Below, in pieces: positions 18,970-29,820 of a stretch of DNA of 64,000 nt. The notes under the pieces were generated by a model. It was given only the letters and a program-made list of their open reading frames with translations, did no database searches and had not been told where the DNA came from. The DNA is from a virus (taxonomy: Duplodnaviria > Caudoviricetes). Positions within the stretch are counted from its first letter, which is position 1. Every line of letters begins with the position of its first letter. The stretch spans positions 32,001 to 96,000 of IMG/VR virus record IMGVR_UViG_3300002835_000001. One strand, 5' to 3'. Made by a program: the position numbers and the translations under genes.

Positions 18970-20217
18970 ATGAACAAACCATTTTTATTATTTAGAGGAC
19001 CAGTTAAAACAAGAAGTGGATATGGTGCCCACTCAAGAGATTTGTTACAAGCACTTTATGAAATGGATTTGTTTGAAATCAAGATTGATAGTTGTATGTG
19101 GGGTTCAACCCCGATGACGGCATTGGAAGATAATTTATTTCATAAATGGATTGAGTCTAATATTGTTAATCAATTAGAAAAAACACCAGACATTTACGTT
19201 CAAGTAACTGTTCCAAATGAATTCCAAAGAGTTGGTAAATTTAATATCGGGATTACTGCCGGCATTGAAACGACTATTGCGCCTAAGGATTGGATTGATG
19301 GTTGTAATAGAATGGATTTAATTGTTACAACATCCACCTTTTCAAAAGATGTTTTGTTACAAACAGTTTACAATGAGAATGAACAAAATACCGGTAAATT
19401 AATTAAACAACATAAGATTGAAAGACAAATAGAAGTTCTATTTGAAGGTGTTGATACCAAAATATACAACAACGTTTATAACAATATTGACATTGACATC
19501 AAAGAAGATTTCGCTTACCTATTTGTTGGTCATTGGTTAAAGGGCGACACGGGTCAAGATAGAAAAGATGTTGGTATGTTGATTAGATGTTTCGCTGAAG
19601 CATTTAAAGATGTTGAAGATAGACCTGCTCTCATCCTTAAAACATCATCAGCATCGTTCTCAATTAAAGAAAGAGAAAGTTTTAGAAAGAAGATAGAAGG
19701 GTTAGTGAGTGATTATAAAAATCCACCATCAATCTATTTGTTGTTTGGTGATTTAACTAATGATGAGATGAATAATTTATATAATCATCCTAAAGTTAAA
19801 TCAATGGTAACGATTACAAAAGGTGAAGGGTTTGGTAGACCTTTATTAGAATTTACAATGACAGGTAAACCCGTAATTGCATCAAACTGGTCAGGACATA
19901 AGGATTTCCTACCAATGGATAAAGCAATTATGATTGGTGGTAAATTAACCGAGGTTCATGAAAGTGCGGTTGATACTTTTATATTGAAAGATTCTAAATG
20001 GTTTACCGCAAACTACAACGAAGTGACTGAAGTTTTTAAATTGGTTTATAAAGACTACGATAAATTTTTAGAGAAGTCTATGATGTTGGGTGATGAGAAT
20101 AAAGAAAAATTCTCAATGGAAAAAATGAAAGAAAAGTTTAAAGATATTATTAATCCATTCTCAGTACAACCAAAAGAACAAAAACTTATACTACCTAAAC
20201 TTACTAAAATAAAATAA
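18970..20217 (+). CDS. glycosyltransferase family 4 (GT-B)
   Basis: SGYG..SR; KGEGFGRPLLEFTMTGKPVIASNWSGH. Confidence 0.85.
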   Translation: MNKPFLLFRGPVKTRSGYGAHSRDLLQALYEMDLFEIKIDSCMWGSTPMTALEDNLFHKWIESNIVNQLEKTPDIYVQVTVPNEFQRVGKFNIGITAGIETTIAPKDWIDGCNRMDLIVTTSTFSKDVLLQTVYNENEQNTGKLIKQHKIERQIEVLFEGVDTKIYNNVYNNIDIDIKEDFAYLFVGHWLKGDTGQDRKDVGMLIRCFAEAFKDVEDRPALILKTSSASFSIKERESFRKKIEGLVSDYKNPPSIYLLFGDLTNDEMNNLYNHPKVKSMVTITKGEGFGRPLLEFTMTGKPVIASNWSGHKDFLPMDKAIMIGGKLTEVHESAVDTFILKDSKWFTANYNEVTEVFKLVYKDYDKFLEKSMMLGDENKEKFSMEKMKEKFKDIINPFSVQPKEQKLILPKLTKIK

Positions 20218-20218
20218 G

Positions 20219-20482
20219 GTGATGAACTTTAAATTTTTTCAAGGGAAGACTAACTTGTTTTTAGAATTGGAACCAACACAAATATTAACATTAACACGAC
20301 CATCATTTACATCAGAGAATGTTGAGTTTTGTTTTCAGTTCGGGAACAACGAACCAGTTGTATTTGCAACAGGTCCTAACGAATGTAGTATACATTTGAG
20401 TCCAACTATTAGTAGTGAAATGTCATTCACGGATAATGATAACGTATTTAAATTATTTGCAAGGGAGAGACAAAATGATTAG
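20219..20482 (+). CDS. hypothetical protein
   Basis: ORF track; N-terminal NFKFFQG also seen in the next ORF (EFKFFHG). Confidence 0.6.
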   Translation: MMNFKFFQGKTNLFLELEPTQILTLTRPSFTSENVEFCFQFGNNEPVVFATGPNECSIHLSPTISSEMSFTDNDNVFKLFARERQND

Positions 20483-20729
20483 TGAATTTAAATTTTTTCA
20501 CGGGATAACAAAAAAGGGGATTAGAAGACTTCGTGCTACTTGGGGTCCTGATTTAATTGAAAGACGTGTCGATGTTGAAGGGGAATTAATAAGAGTAATG
20601 TCACAGGAAATTGCTAGAGGTATTGATAAGGAAATCATTAATACAATAGTAAGAAGAATAAATGGTGGTAGTAATCATGGTATTGATTATTTAAACCATT
20701 GGTTAAGAGTAGGGGAGAATAGAGCATGA
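20475..20729 (+). CDS. short protein containing a T4 gp23 major-capsid-like segment
   Basis: RRLRATWGPDL..VDVEGELIRVMSQEIARGIDKEII resembles gp23 RQLKAAYSIEL..DADAELSGILATEIMLEINREVV. Confidence 0.55.
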   Translation: MISEFKFFHGITKKGIRRLRATWGPDLIERRVDVEGELIRVMSQEIARGIDKEIINTIVRRINGGSNHGIDYLNHWLRVGENRA

Positions 20730-20816
20730 AATGTGAAAGACATATTTGGGATACGGAAGATAGAGAGTGGTGTTGGAAATGTGAGGAGTTAACATTAAAT
20801 GAAAATAAACAAAAAT

Positions 20817-21440
20817 ATGAAGATAAGTTATGCAATAACAGTTTGCAACGAATTGGAGGAGATAAAGAGATTGGTCCCCTTCATTCTGAAACACAAAAGA
20901 CCGATAGATGAAATTGTAATTCTGTACGATGAGAAGAATGGTAACAAAGAGATATTAGATTTTTTATTACCATATAATAAATTACCCAATGTTCAAACAT
21001 GGAGATGTTTCGATTGGAACAATAACTTTTCGGATTGGAAAAACATTCTTAATGGTTATTGTGAAGGTGATTACATTTATCAAATAGATGCCGATGAAAT
21101 GATTAGTGAGTATATGGTTAAGAATTTATCGGACATATTAGAAATGAATCCTGGTGTGGACTTAATATTTGTTCCAAGAATTAACACGGTTCAAGGTTTA
21201 ACCGATGAACATATTAAAAAGTGGGGGTGGAATGTGAATGAAAAAGGATGGGTTAACTATCCTGATGCACAGGGAAGAATCTATAAGAAAGGAATGGGTT
21301 GGTATGGTAAGGTTCACGAACGAATTTTAGGTGGTCAGAAATTTTCATCATTACCAACCGATGACGACGATTATTGTATACAACACCATAAGACAATATT
21401 AAGACAAGAAAAACAAAACAATTATTATAATACATTATGA
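20817..21440 (+). CDS. glycosyltransferase family 2
   Basis: ISYAITVCNE; YIYQIDADE (DxD); YGKVHE. Confidence 0.85.
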   Translation: MKISYAITVCNELEEIKRLVPFILKHKRPIDEIVILYDEKNGNKEILDFLLPYNKLPNVQTWRCFDWNNNFSDWKNILNGYCEGDYIYQIDADEMISEYMVKNLSDILEMNPGVDLIFVPRINTVQGLTDEHIKKWGWNVNEKGWVNYPDAQGRIYKKGMGWYGKVHERILGGQKFSSLPTDDDDYCIQHHKTILRQEKQNNYYNTL

Positions 21441-22174
21441 GAGTAGCAATTATTTGTATCGCCAAAAATGAAGACCAATATATCGAGGAATGGTCTAATT
21501 ATCATTTGAAATTAGGGTTTGATGATATCGTCATTTATCAAAACAACTGGAAGTGTAAACTAGAACACCCAAATATTAAACTTGTTAACTTTCCCGGTAA
21601 TCACGTACAAATGGAAGCTTATAATGATTTCATTAAGAATTATAAAAATGATTACGATTGGGTAGCATTTATTGATTGTGATGAATTTATACATTTAAAA
21701 AAACATTCAAACATTAAAGAATTTATTTCTGAATACCACAATGATTTTGGTATTTCAATGAACTGGTACATGTTTGGTTCTAATAATAAATTAGTTAGAG
21801 ATAATGAAAACAAAAATTCATTGATAAAACAATTTATATTAAGAGATAAAGATGTTAATCGTCATATAAAAACTTTATTGAATTTAAAAAGCGAATCAAA
21901 AATGTCTTTTCCACATAATCCAACAAATAAATTAATGGATACGAATGGGAAATTTTTCTATGGTCCGTTTAATGAGAATGGACCGACAGATGTCGTTCAA
22001 CTAAATCATTATTATTATAAAACATATGAGGATTGGTTAATTCTTTGTGAAAGAGGACAAGCCGATTATACCCCAACTAAAACCCCTAAATTATGGTTAA
22101 ACAATACACATGTTTTTTGTGATGTTGAGGATTATGGGGTTTATAACTTTATGTACAATAAAAATCAATTATGA
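21437..22174 (+). CDS. GT-A glycosyltransferase (GT2-like/GT92)
   Basis: IAKNEDQYIEEW..YHLKLGFD; WVAFIDCDEF; LNHYYYKT. Confidence 0.8.
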   Translation: MRVAIICIAKNEDQYIEEWSNYHLKLGFDDIVIYQNNWKCKLEHPNIKLVNFPGNHVQMEAYNDFIKNYKNDYDWVAFIDCDEFIHLKKHSNIKEFISEYHNDFGISMNWYMFGSNNKLVRDNENKNSLIKQFILRDKDVNRHIKTLLNLKSESKMSFPHNPTNKLMDTNGKFFYGPFNENGPTDVVQLNHYYYKTYEDWLILCERGQADYTPTKTPKLWLNNTHVFCDVEDYGVYNFMYNKNQL

Positions 22175-22785
22175 GTTATCAATATCCGAAAAATTTTAAA
22201 TATCCTAATGAGAGAATATTCTTTACTGACCACATAGACTTATGGGAAGATTCTTTAGGTCAATTAAAAAATAAACCAAACGTTACTTTAGAGATTGGTG
22301 CATTATATGGTGGTTCTTCTGTTTACATATTAGAAGAATATTGTAAGTTAGATGGGTCTCACCATTACATCATGGACATTAATACTAATGAGTTTATAGA
22401 AAACAACATCGAACCATATACTGGTAAGGTAAGTTATTTACTTGGTGAGTCCTCGGACGCGTTTAAAGTGTTGGAACACAATGGTTTTAATAAAGAATTT
22501 TTAGACCTGATATACATAGATGGTAACCATATGTCTAAGTATGTTTTAGAAGATGCAGTCAATGCTTTCTATTGTTTAAAAGACGGTGGGTATCTCGTAT
22601 TTGATGATTACGGTGGGGGTTGGGAGCAACCTAAACATATGCAAGTTAGGACTGCGGCGGATGCATTTATGGATGCATATATGAACCACTTTAAAATATT
22701 ACACAAAGGTTACCAATTAATTTTACAAAAAACAAACTATATTAACATAACTGAATTTAAAGAAAATTATTATAAAACATTATAA
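22171..22785 (+). CDS. class I SAM methyltransferase (Methyltransf_24-like)
   Basis: LEIGALYGGS; DLIYIDGNH; GGYLVFDDY. Confidence 0.85.
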   Translation: MSYQYPKNFKYPNERIFFTDHIDLWEDSLGQLKNKPNVTLEIGALYGGSSVYILEEYCKLDGSHHYIMDINTNEFIENNIEPYTGKVSYLLGESSDAFKVLEHNGFNKEFLDLIYIDGNHMSKYVLEDAVNAFYCLKDGGYLVFDDYGGGWEQPKHMQVRTAADAFMDAYMNHFKILHKGYQLILQKTNYINITEFKENYYKTL

Positions 22786-22823
22786 AATATCGAAAAAATT
22801 AACTATATTATAAAAAAAACACA

Positions 22824-24005
22824 ATGAAAAAAGAGATACCATTATTTAAGGTTTTTATGGCAGACACCGCAGCGGATAAAGTCGCCAAAGTATTAAACAG
22901 CGGATTTATTGGTCAAGGACCTGTCGTGGATGAGTTTGAAAATACACTTAGTCAATATTTTCAACACCCTTACATTTCGACATTAAACGCAGCAACATCT
23001 GCAGAACATTTAGCATTACATCTAATTAAGAAACCATTTAGATTTACAAAAGCAGATGGTTATGGTGTTAGAGAAAACGTGTGGGACGGTATGAAAGATG
23101 GTGATGAGGTTTTAACAACTGCATTAACCTGTACCGCAACTAATTGGCCAATACTTGCAAACAATTTCAAAATCAAATGGGTTGATATCGATCCTAAAAC
23201 TTTGAATATGGACATGGATGATTTAGAAAGAAAGATTGGACCCAAAACCAGAGCAATTATTGTTGTTCATTGGGGTGGGTATCCAGTTGATTTAGATAGA
23301 CTTAGACAAATTCAAGAAAAGTCTTTACGTATGTATGGATTTAAACCTGCGGTGATTGAAGATTGCGCACACGCTATGGGTAGTAAGTACAAAGGTAAGT
23401 TGATTGGTACACATGGTAACATTTGTACATTCTCATTACAAGCGATTAAACATATTACATCTGTTGATGGTGGGTTATTATTCTTACCTCATGAAGAATT
23501 AAATAGACGTTCTCGTTTATTAAGATGGTATGGTATTGATAGAGATTCACCAAGAAAGGATTTTAGATGTGAAGCAGATATCGAAGAGTGGGGATTCAAG
23601 TTTCATATGAATGATGTAAACGCAGCAATTGGATTGGAGAATTTTAAACACGTGGATAACATCATTGGTAAACATAAATCAAATGCGGCATTCTATGATA
23701 AAGAATTAAAGAACGCTAATGGTGTAACTTTATTAGAAAGAAATCCCGATATGGAAAGTGCGTTTTGGATTTATTCGTTGTTAGTTGAAAGAAAAGGTGA
23801 CTTCATGAAATATATGAAAGAATGTGGCATTGCCGTTTCTCAAGTTCACGAAAGAAATGATATTCACACTTGCGTAAAAGACTATCGTGCAATGTTACCT
23901 AACTTAGATAAAACTATCGGTAGTGTTATCTCAATACCAGTTGGTTGGTGGTTAACAGAAGAAGATAGAAAGTATATTGTAGATTGTATCAAAAAAGGTT
24001 GGTAA
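22824..24005 (+). CDS. DegT/DnrJ/EryC1/StrS PLP-dependent sugar aminotransferase
   Basis: GPVVDEFE; VHWGGYPVD; IEDCAHA; FSLQAIKHITSVDGG (Schiff-base Lys). Confidence 0.93.
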   Translation: MKKEIPLFKVFMADTAADKVAKVLNSGFIGQGPVVDEFENTLSQYFQHPYISTLNAATSAEHLALHLIKKPFRFTKADGYGVRENVWDGMKDGDEVLTTALTCTATNWPILANNFKIKWVDIDPKTLNMDMDDLERKIGPKTRAIIVVHWGGYPVDLDRLRQIQEKSLRMYGFKPAVIEDCAHAMGSKYKGKLIGTHGNICTFSLQAIKHITSVDGGLLFLPHEELNRRSRLLRWYGIDRDSPRKDFRCEADIEEWGFKFHMNDVNAAIGLENFKHVDNIIGKHKSNAAFYDKELKNANGVTLLERNPDMESAFWIYSLLVERKGDFMKYMKECGIAVSQVHERNDIHTCVKDYRAMLPNLDKTIGSVISIPVGWWLTEEDRKYIVDCIKKGW

Positions 24006-24970
24006 TGGAGAGAATAGTTGATGATTCATTTTTGAAATCTGATGTAACGGAGTTTGCGTTAGGTTATGATAAAGTTAAAAATCATACTTGGTATGATAAC
24101 TTAAACTACATGGTTGATTTATCTAAAAAATATTTCAATGTGGATGATTTTATTATGGATTATTCGTGTGGTACTGGTATTTTTTGTGAAAGGTTATTAA
24201 AATCTATGGTTGATTGTCCAAGAATTTTAATGATGGATTCATCACCAAAGTATCTTAAATTATCACATGATAAATTTGGTCGAAATCATAAATTTCATTT
24301 TAGAGTTATCAATTACCTTAAAGATGAAGGTAGACTACAAACAATATCGGAGGTCTTAGGTAAAGAACATGAACAATTATTAGATGGGATTGTTTGTACA
24401 AACGCAATTCACCTATATCCAACAATAGATGAGACAATTAAATCTTGGAATAAAATTTTGGTTAAGGGTGGCAAGTTGTTAATTAATTCAGGTAACATAT
24501 ATAACCCATTAATGGGTGAGGAAACTAAATTGATTGACCAAACAGTAAATGAGATATCTAAACTATCATTTGATATTGTGAGGAATAACCCAAAATACAA
24601 CAAGTATGTTGATTTAATAAGTGATTTTGACTATATTAATAAACATAACACACTTAGAGATAAATATTTTTTACCTATTAGACAAATTAATTTTTACACG
24701 GATGAGTTAATTAAAAATGGATTTAAAATAGTGGAAGTTAAAACTATCGATGTTGACGCTAGAGTTGATGAGTGGTTTGATTTCTTGAAAGTATATCACG
24801 AAGGTATAATAGGTTGGATTGGTGGTTCTAAAAAAATCACGGGTGTTAATCCAAGTGAGGATGAAGTTAACGACAGGATTGAGATTATAAAATTGGCACT
24901 AACAGAAATGTTTAATAACCAAAACGACTTTAAAGCGTGTTGGAACTATATAATTTGTGAAAAAATATGA
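24005..24970 (+). CDS. class I SAM methyltransferase
   Basis: IMDYSCGTG; DSSPKYL; DGIVCTNAIH; GGKLLIN; likely start 24005. Confidence 0.8.
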   Translation: MERIVDDSFLKSDVTEFALGYDKVKNHTWYDNLNYMVDLSKKYFNVDDFIMDYSCGTGIFCERLLKSMVDCPRILMMDSSPKYLKLSHDKFGRNHKFHFRVINYLKDEGRLQTISEVLGKEHEQLLDGIVCTNAIHLYPTIDETIKSWNKILVKGGKLLINSGNIYNPLMGEETKLIDQTVNEISKLSFDIVRNNPKYNKYVDLISDFDYINKHNTLRDKYFLPIRQINFYTDELIKNGFKIVEVKTIDVDARVDEWFDFLKVYHEGIIGWIGGSKKITGVNPSEDEVNDRIEIIKLALTEMFNNQNDFKACWNYIICEKI

Positions 24971-25536
24971 AATTAGGTTGGGACGAGGAGATTAAAAAAG
25001 AATTAGGATATTGTGGTAACAACGTTGTGATTGGTCATAATGTTGTTTTTACTAACCCTAAAAACGTTTTCTTAGGTGACAACGTTAGAATAGATCCATT
25101 TTGTTTAATTACAACAGCATTGGAAGTTGGTAGTTACGCTCAAATATGCTCACATGCAGTATTAGGTGGTGGTAACCAACATAAAATTACTTTAGGTAAA
25201 TGGAACTTCATAGGTTATGGTTCCAAACTATTCTGTGCATCAGAAGATTATAGTGGTGAGTTTGGTCCAGTAAATGAATATTGGGGTAACAATAAAATAT
25301 TTAGAGGTGATATCACTTTTAAAGATTATTCAGGAATTGCTTCTGATGTTATGGTTTTACCTGGCGTTACTTTTCCCGAAGGTTGTACCATTGGTGCTAA
25401 AAGTTTTGTATATTCAAAATCAGAACTAAAAGAATGGTCAGTTTATTTGGGTAGTCCATTAACATTTCATAAAGAAAGAAATAAAGATAATGTAATTAAT
25501 TTATCTAACGATTCAAATTTTATTAAGAACAAATGA
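24967..25536 (+). CDS. hexapeptide-repeat (LbH) acyl/acetyltransferase
   Basis: GNNVVIG..LGDNVRID..; VLPGVT..GCTIGAKS; YLGSP. Confidence 0.85.
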   Translation: MKLGWDEEIKKELGYCGNNVVIGHNVVFTNPKNVFLGDNVRIDPFCLITTALEVGSYAQICSHAVLGGGNQHKITLGKWNFIGYGSKLFCASEDYSGEFGPVNEYWGNNKIFRGDITFKDYSGIASDVMVLPGVTFPEGCTIGAKSFVYSKSELKEWSVYLGSPLTFHKERNKDNVINLSNDSNFIKNK

Positions 25537-26414
25537 GAAATTTTAAACAAAATCATGAGGAAATGAATTGGCCGTGGGTTGAATCTCCATTCTTCAATGA
25601 ATTAATTAAACATCAGGAATTAACTGACGAACAAAAAGAGTTGTCAATAAAATTTAACAGAGATGGATATGTTATTTTAGACTTAGGATTAACTGATGAA
25701 CATATTGACTCATTAAAAACTGAAATTGATACTTTAAACGATAGAGATACTGTTGTTACTCAAGCAGACGGATATCATTATTCAAAAGGTAAAAGAATAT
25801 TTGAAGGTTGGAAGGATAGTGAAATGTTACAATCCCTTTCTTTAAATCCTGTGGTTATAAATACCTTAAAGATGTTATATAAAAGGGAACCATATCCATT
25901 TCAAACGATTACATTTAATTATGGTTCTAATCAACCATTACATAGTGATTTAATTCACTTTGATTCAATGCCACACAGATGGTTAACTGCGGTATGGGTT
26001 GCTTTAGAAGATATGACAGATCAAAATGGTTCATTGGTATATGTTCCAGGTTCTCATAAACTACCCATATTTGACTTCTACGACCTTAAAGTTAAAGTTC
26101 CTGAATATGGTAAGCAATTTGATAGTTACGCCGAATATGAGGAGTTTATTAGACAATTAGTTGAAGCTCAAGAACTAGAAGTTAAACCTCTTATCTGTAA
26201 GAAGGGTCAAGCACTTGTGTGGTCAGCAAATTTAATACATGGTGGTGACATTATCAGAGACCCAAATAGTACACGATATTCACAAGTAACTCATTACTAT
26301 TATGATGATTGTGATGTTTACTATTCACCTATGTTTTCAGAATCATGGAAGGGGGATTTTAAAACAAAAGATTTAACAAGTAAAAATATTAGAGAACATA
26401 AACATAATAAATAA
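25533..26414 (+). CDS. phytanoyl-CoA dioxygenase (PhyH) family 2OG-Fe(II) oxygenase
   Basis: QPLHSD (HxD); WVALEDM..NGSL.YVPGSH; NLIHGG; R.S. Confidence 0.85.
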   Translation: MRNFKQNHEEMNWPWVESPFFNELIKHQELTDEQKELSIKFNRDGYVILDLGLTDEHIDSLKTEIDTLNDRDTVVTQADGYHYSKGKRIFEGWKDSEMLQSLSLNPVVINTLKMLYKREPYPFQTITFNYGSNQPLHSDLIHFDSMPHRWLTAVWVALEDMTDQNGSLVYVPGSHKLPIFDFYDLKVKVPEYGKQFDSYAEYEEFIRQLVEAQELEVKPLICKKGQALVWSANLIHGGDIIRDPNSTRYSQVTHYYYDDCDVYYSPMFSESWKGDFKTKDLTSKNIREHKHNK

Positions 26415-27343
26415 TGAGTGTAAAGATTGTGGGAATTGGGGCTTATGTCCCCGAAATAGTTTTAACAAATAAAGAGATTGAAAAAATGGTTGATACGGAT
26501 GACCAATGGATTCAAGATAATTTAGGTATTAAAGAAAGAAGAATTAGTGCCGATAATCAATTAAGTTCCGATTTAGCGGTGAAGTCAAGTATATCCGCAA
26601 TTCATGATGCGAACTTAACTGTTAATGATATTGATTTTATCATTATGGCAACGTCTTCACCAGATAGAATTAGTCCATCTACCGCTTGTTTATTACAAGA
26701 AAAGATTGGAGCATTTAATGCTGCCTGTGTTGATATTAATGCAGTGTGTCCGGGGTTTCTTTATGGATTACAAATTGCAAAAGGTTTACTATCTATAGGT
26801 CAATACAAAAACATATTACTTGTTGCCTCAGAAACATATTCAAAGTTAACTGATTGGTCAAGACGTGATTGTGTATTCTTCGGAGATGGTTCAGGTGCTG
26901 TTGTTCTTCAAAGAGACGAAACAAATTATTGTGAAATTGATTTATATGCTGATGGTACGGGTAAGGAAGCATTTACAGTGCATCACGGGGATTACTTCTC
27001 AATGATAGGTAAAGAGATTTATAAAGGTGGAACAACTAAGTTACCATCATCAATACAATCGTTGTTAGAAAGAACTGGTGTGGATAAAAACGATATTACA
27101 CATGTGGTTCCTCATCAACCAAGTATTAATATCTTAAAGAAAACTGCAGAGATATTAGATGTTGATTTTTCTAAGTTTGCAACATCAATGGGTGAATACG
27201 CAAACACTGCGGGTGCATCTATTCCCATTACACTTAATAAACTTTACGAACAAAATAAATTAAAGAAAAATGATTTACTATTACTAACAACAATTGGTTC
27301 AGGATGGGTTTGGGGTAGTGGATTAATTAAATGGACAAAATAA
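26414..27343 (+). CDS. fabH: 3-oxoacyl-ACP synthase III
   Basis: triad motifs AVCPGF (Cys), PHQPS (His), ANTAGAS (Asn); FGDGSGA. Confidence 0.9.
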   Translation: MSVKIVGIGAYVPEIVLTNKEIEKMVDTDDQWIQDNLGIKERRISADNQLSSDLAVKSSISAIHDANLTVNDIDFIIMATSSPDRISPSTACLLQEKIGAFNAACVDINAVCPGFLYGLQIAKGLLSIGQYKNILLVASETYSKLTDWSRRDCVFFGDGSGAVVLQRDETNYCEIDLYADGTGKEAFTVHHGDYFSMIGKEIYKGGTTKLPSSIQSLLERTGVDKNDITHVVPHQPSINILKKTAEILDVDFSKFATSMGEYANTAGASIPITLNKLYEQNKLKKNDLLLLTTIGSGWVWGSGLIKWTK

Positions 27344-27987
27344 TGAAAAAGATATTATTAGTTGGTGGTACTGGTGGGTTGGGAAATCAATTAACTAAAC
27401 ATTTAAGTTTAAGTTACACTTGTCTTTCTGTTGGATCTAAAATGTTAGATGTAACCAATGAAGAACAAGTAAAAGAATTTTTAGATAAAAATGATTATGA
27501 TATTATCATTTATCTTTCAGTAAAGAATATTGATGGGTTAATACATAAACAAACAAAAGAAACAACTGAATCACAATTAAACGTAAATCTATTTGGATTA
27601 TTGAATGTTCTTCGTCATTCTACTAATAAACTTAGAGAAAAAGGTTATGGTAGAATCATTTACATATCTTCGGTGTTATCTAAGAAACCAATTAGGGGTA
27701 CTGGTTTATATTCAGCAAGTAAAGCTTTCTGTGATAACCTTATTAAAACATACTCGTTAGAGAATTCAAAATACGGAATAACATCTAATTCTATTCAATT
27801 AGGTTATTTTGAGGGTGGGTTAACAGATAAAGTTCCCGTTGACATTTTACAAAATGTAAAAAATAGTATATCTTTGAAGAGATTAGGTAAGGTAGAGGAA
27901 ATGTCAAATTTAATCAAAACAATAATAGAGACCGAATATATTAACGGTACAAACATATCAATCACAGGTGGTTATGAAAATGAATAA
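27331..27987 (+). CDS. short-chain dehydrogenase/reductase (FabG-like)
   Basis: GGTGGLG; ISS; YSASK; RLGKVEE; YINGTNI.ITGG. Confidence 0.85.
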   Translation: MDKIMKKILLVGGTGGLGNQLTKHLSLSYTCLSVGSKMLDVTNEEQVKEFLDKNDYDIIIYLSVKNIDGLIHKQTKETTESQLNVNLFGLLNVLRHSTNKLREKGYGRIIYISSVLSKKPIRGTGLYSASKAFCDNLIKTYSLENSKYGITSNSIQLGYFEGGLTDKVPVDILQNVKNSISLKRLGKVEEMSNLIKTIIETEYINGTNISITGGYENE

Positions 27988-28711
27988 ATTTTTAATTATT
28001 TTGGCATATTATGAAAGACCAAAAATTGTATTAAACTCATTAAGATCAATTCTTGATATTGGTTATCCAGAATTTGAAGTACATTTTATTGACGATGGGT
28101 CGACTAATAGAGGTGAACCCGTAGTTAGAGAAGTGTGTTCATCGATTATTGATAAATTTAAATTTGATTACATCGACCACACCATTGAACAAAAGAAATC
28201 ACAAGGTGGTAGTATGCATGGTTTATTTTTAAATAAAGCAATTAATGAGAGTGATGCTGACCACGTAATAGTTTTATGTGACGATGATGCAATTTACCCT
28301 GATTTCTTAACAAGGTTGAATATTCACATCAATAAAGAAGAGAATAAAGATAAGAAATATTTCTATCATAATATGGTCTTATATGATTCTTTACTTGAAC
28401 CATACGAAAATGGTATTGAAAGAAAAGATTTTAGTTACTTTACAAACCAATGGAAAACTCCTATTAATTGTGCAGGTAAAGTGGATTCATCTCAAGTAAC
28501 ATATTCAAGACATGCGTTTGTTGAGGATGGTTTAACATACCCATCACCTCAAACATCTGGTTTAGATATGGCAATTTATCAAAAGATGGCTAGCTCATGG
28601 GGTCTATGTGAATATAGTGGTTTAATATCACAATTAAAATCAAATAACGCGGACAACTTGGTTTGGAAAGACAACACAGATATGATGTTCATCACAAAAG
28701 ATATGAATTAA
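27968..28711 (+). CDS. glycosyltransferase family 2
   Basis: LAYYERP; FIDDGS; LCDDD. Confidence 0.75.
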   Translation: MVMKMNKFLIILAYYERPKIVLNSLRSILDIGYPEFEVHFIDDGSTNRGEPVVREVCSSIIDKFKFDYIDHTIEQKKSQGGSMHGLFLNKAINESDADHVIVLCDDDAIYPDFLTRLNIHINKEENKDKKYFYHNMVLYDSLLEPYENGIERKDFSYFTNQWKTPINCAGKVDSSQVTYSRHAFVEDGLTYPSPQTSGLDMAIYQKMASSWGLCEYSGLISQLKSNNADNLVWKDNTDMMFITKDMN

Positions 28712-29820
28712 TGAATATAACATTTGTATTGGCAGTTTACAATAAATTAGATTTAACAACAGAATGTTATAATCGTTTACGTAATGTATACCCAACAGCA
28801 CCTTTAGTGATTAGTAGTGGTGGTTCATATGATGGAACCAAAGAATGGTTAGAATCATTGGAAGATAAGAACCTTTCTTTTATTCATGATGATGATAGGT
28901 TGACATTTTCTGAAACATATAATGCCGCAATCAAACTTGTTGATACAGAAAAACTTGTATTGATTCACAACGATATGGTAATCGGTGAACAGTTCTTAGA
29001 GAACTTAGATAAATTATTAGATGAGAATCAAAATACATTATTATCATATACAACTATCGAACCTCCAATTTTTAGAGGACATCAAAGAGCCGGTAAAGTA
29101 TTATTAGATTTAGGTTCAGGGTTTAATAACTTTGACCAATATCATTTTAATGTTTATGTGGACCAATGGAAAGATAGTAAGAATTTATACAATGGTGCGG
29201 TGTTCTTTATGAGTGGAACTAAAAAAATGTTTGAGGATGTTGGTGGGTTTGATGGTTTCAGTTTTGTACCTGCATTTTGTGAGGATGACGATTTCTTAAT
29301 CCGTGCGAAACTAAAAGGTTATAATTTAAAAACCTGCGATTCTGCAATCACCTATCATTTTGTTTCGCAGACATCAAGATTTAGTGATGAGTTTAAAAAA
29401 GATAGAATGTTATATGAGGTTTCATCTAATAGAAACTTTATTAGAAAGTGGGGTGTACCAATCTCAGCATTTAACGAACTTAGGTATTGGGAAGAGGATA
29501 ACTTTACTTATAAGACTTTTAATATGGGTTTAACCACTCGTAATAGAAATAGATTAATGGAAGTGGAACCATTCTTTGATAAAATCGATTTAGGGGAGAT
29601 TCCTGAGACTTATATTGAGAATGAACAAAAGAATACACGATACGATTTAAGGTCAAAATTTACCCTTACAGACACGGTTGACGTGATGATTACAGAAGTT
29701 GACCAGTTTACAGATGATGACATTAGAACTTTACATAAAATAAGGTTATCAATACCTTACTACGAACCTGGTGAATACCAAATAGGAAATATGATGATAG
29801 TTATTAAAAAAACTATTTAA
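28711..29820 (+). CDS. glycosyltransferase family 2
   Basis: FVLAVYN; LIHNDM; VGGFD..FCEDDDF; YHFVSQTSR; likely start 28711. Confidence 0.8.
   Translation: MNITFVLAVYNKLDLTTECYNRLRNVYPTAPLVISSGGSYDGTKEWLESLEDKNLSFIHDDDRLTFSETYNAAIKLVDTEKLVLIHNDMVIGEQFLENLDKLLDENQNTLLSYTTIEPPIFRGHQRAGKVLLDLGSGFNNFDQYHFNVYVDQWKDSKNLYNGAVFFMSGTKKMFEDVGGFDGFSFVPAFCEDDDFLIRAKLKGYNLKTCDSAITYHFVSQTSRFSDEFKKDRMLYEVSSNRNFIRKWGVPISAFNELRYWEEDNFTYKTFNMGLTTRNRNRLMEVEPFFDKIDLGEIPETYIENEQKNTRYDLRSKFTLTDTVDVMITEVDQFTDDDIRTLHKIRLSIPYYEPGEYQIGNMMIVIKKTI

Noticed and set aside
20726-20911. 61-aa ORF MKCERHIW...CWKC overlapping the GT2 gene
   Set aside because: It overlaps the GT2 start by about 95 nt in another frame. It may be a real short gene, but support is too weak to call.
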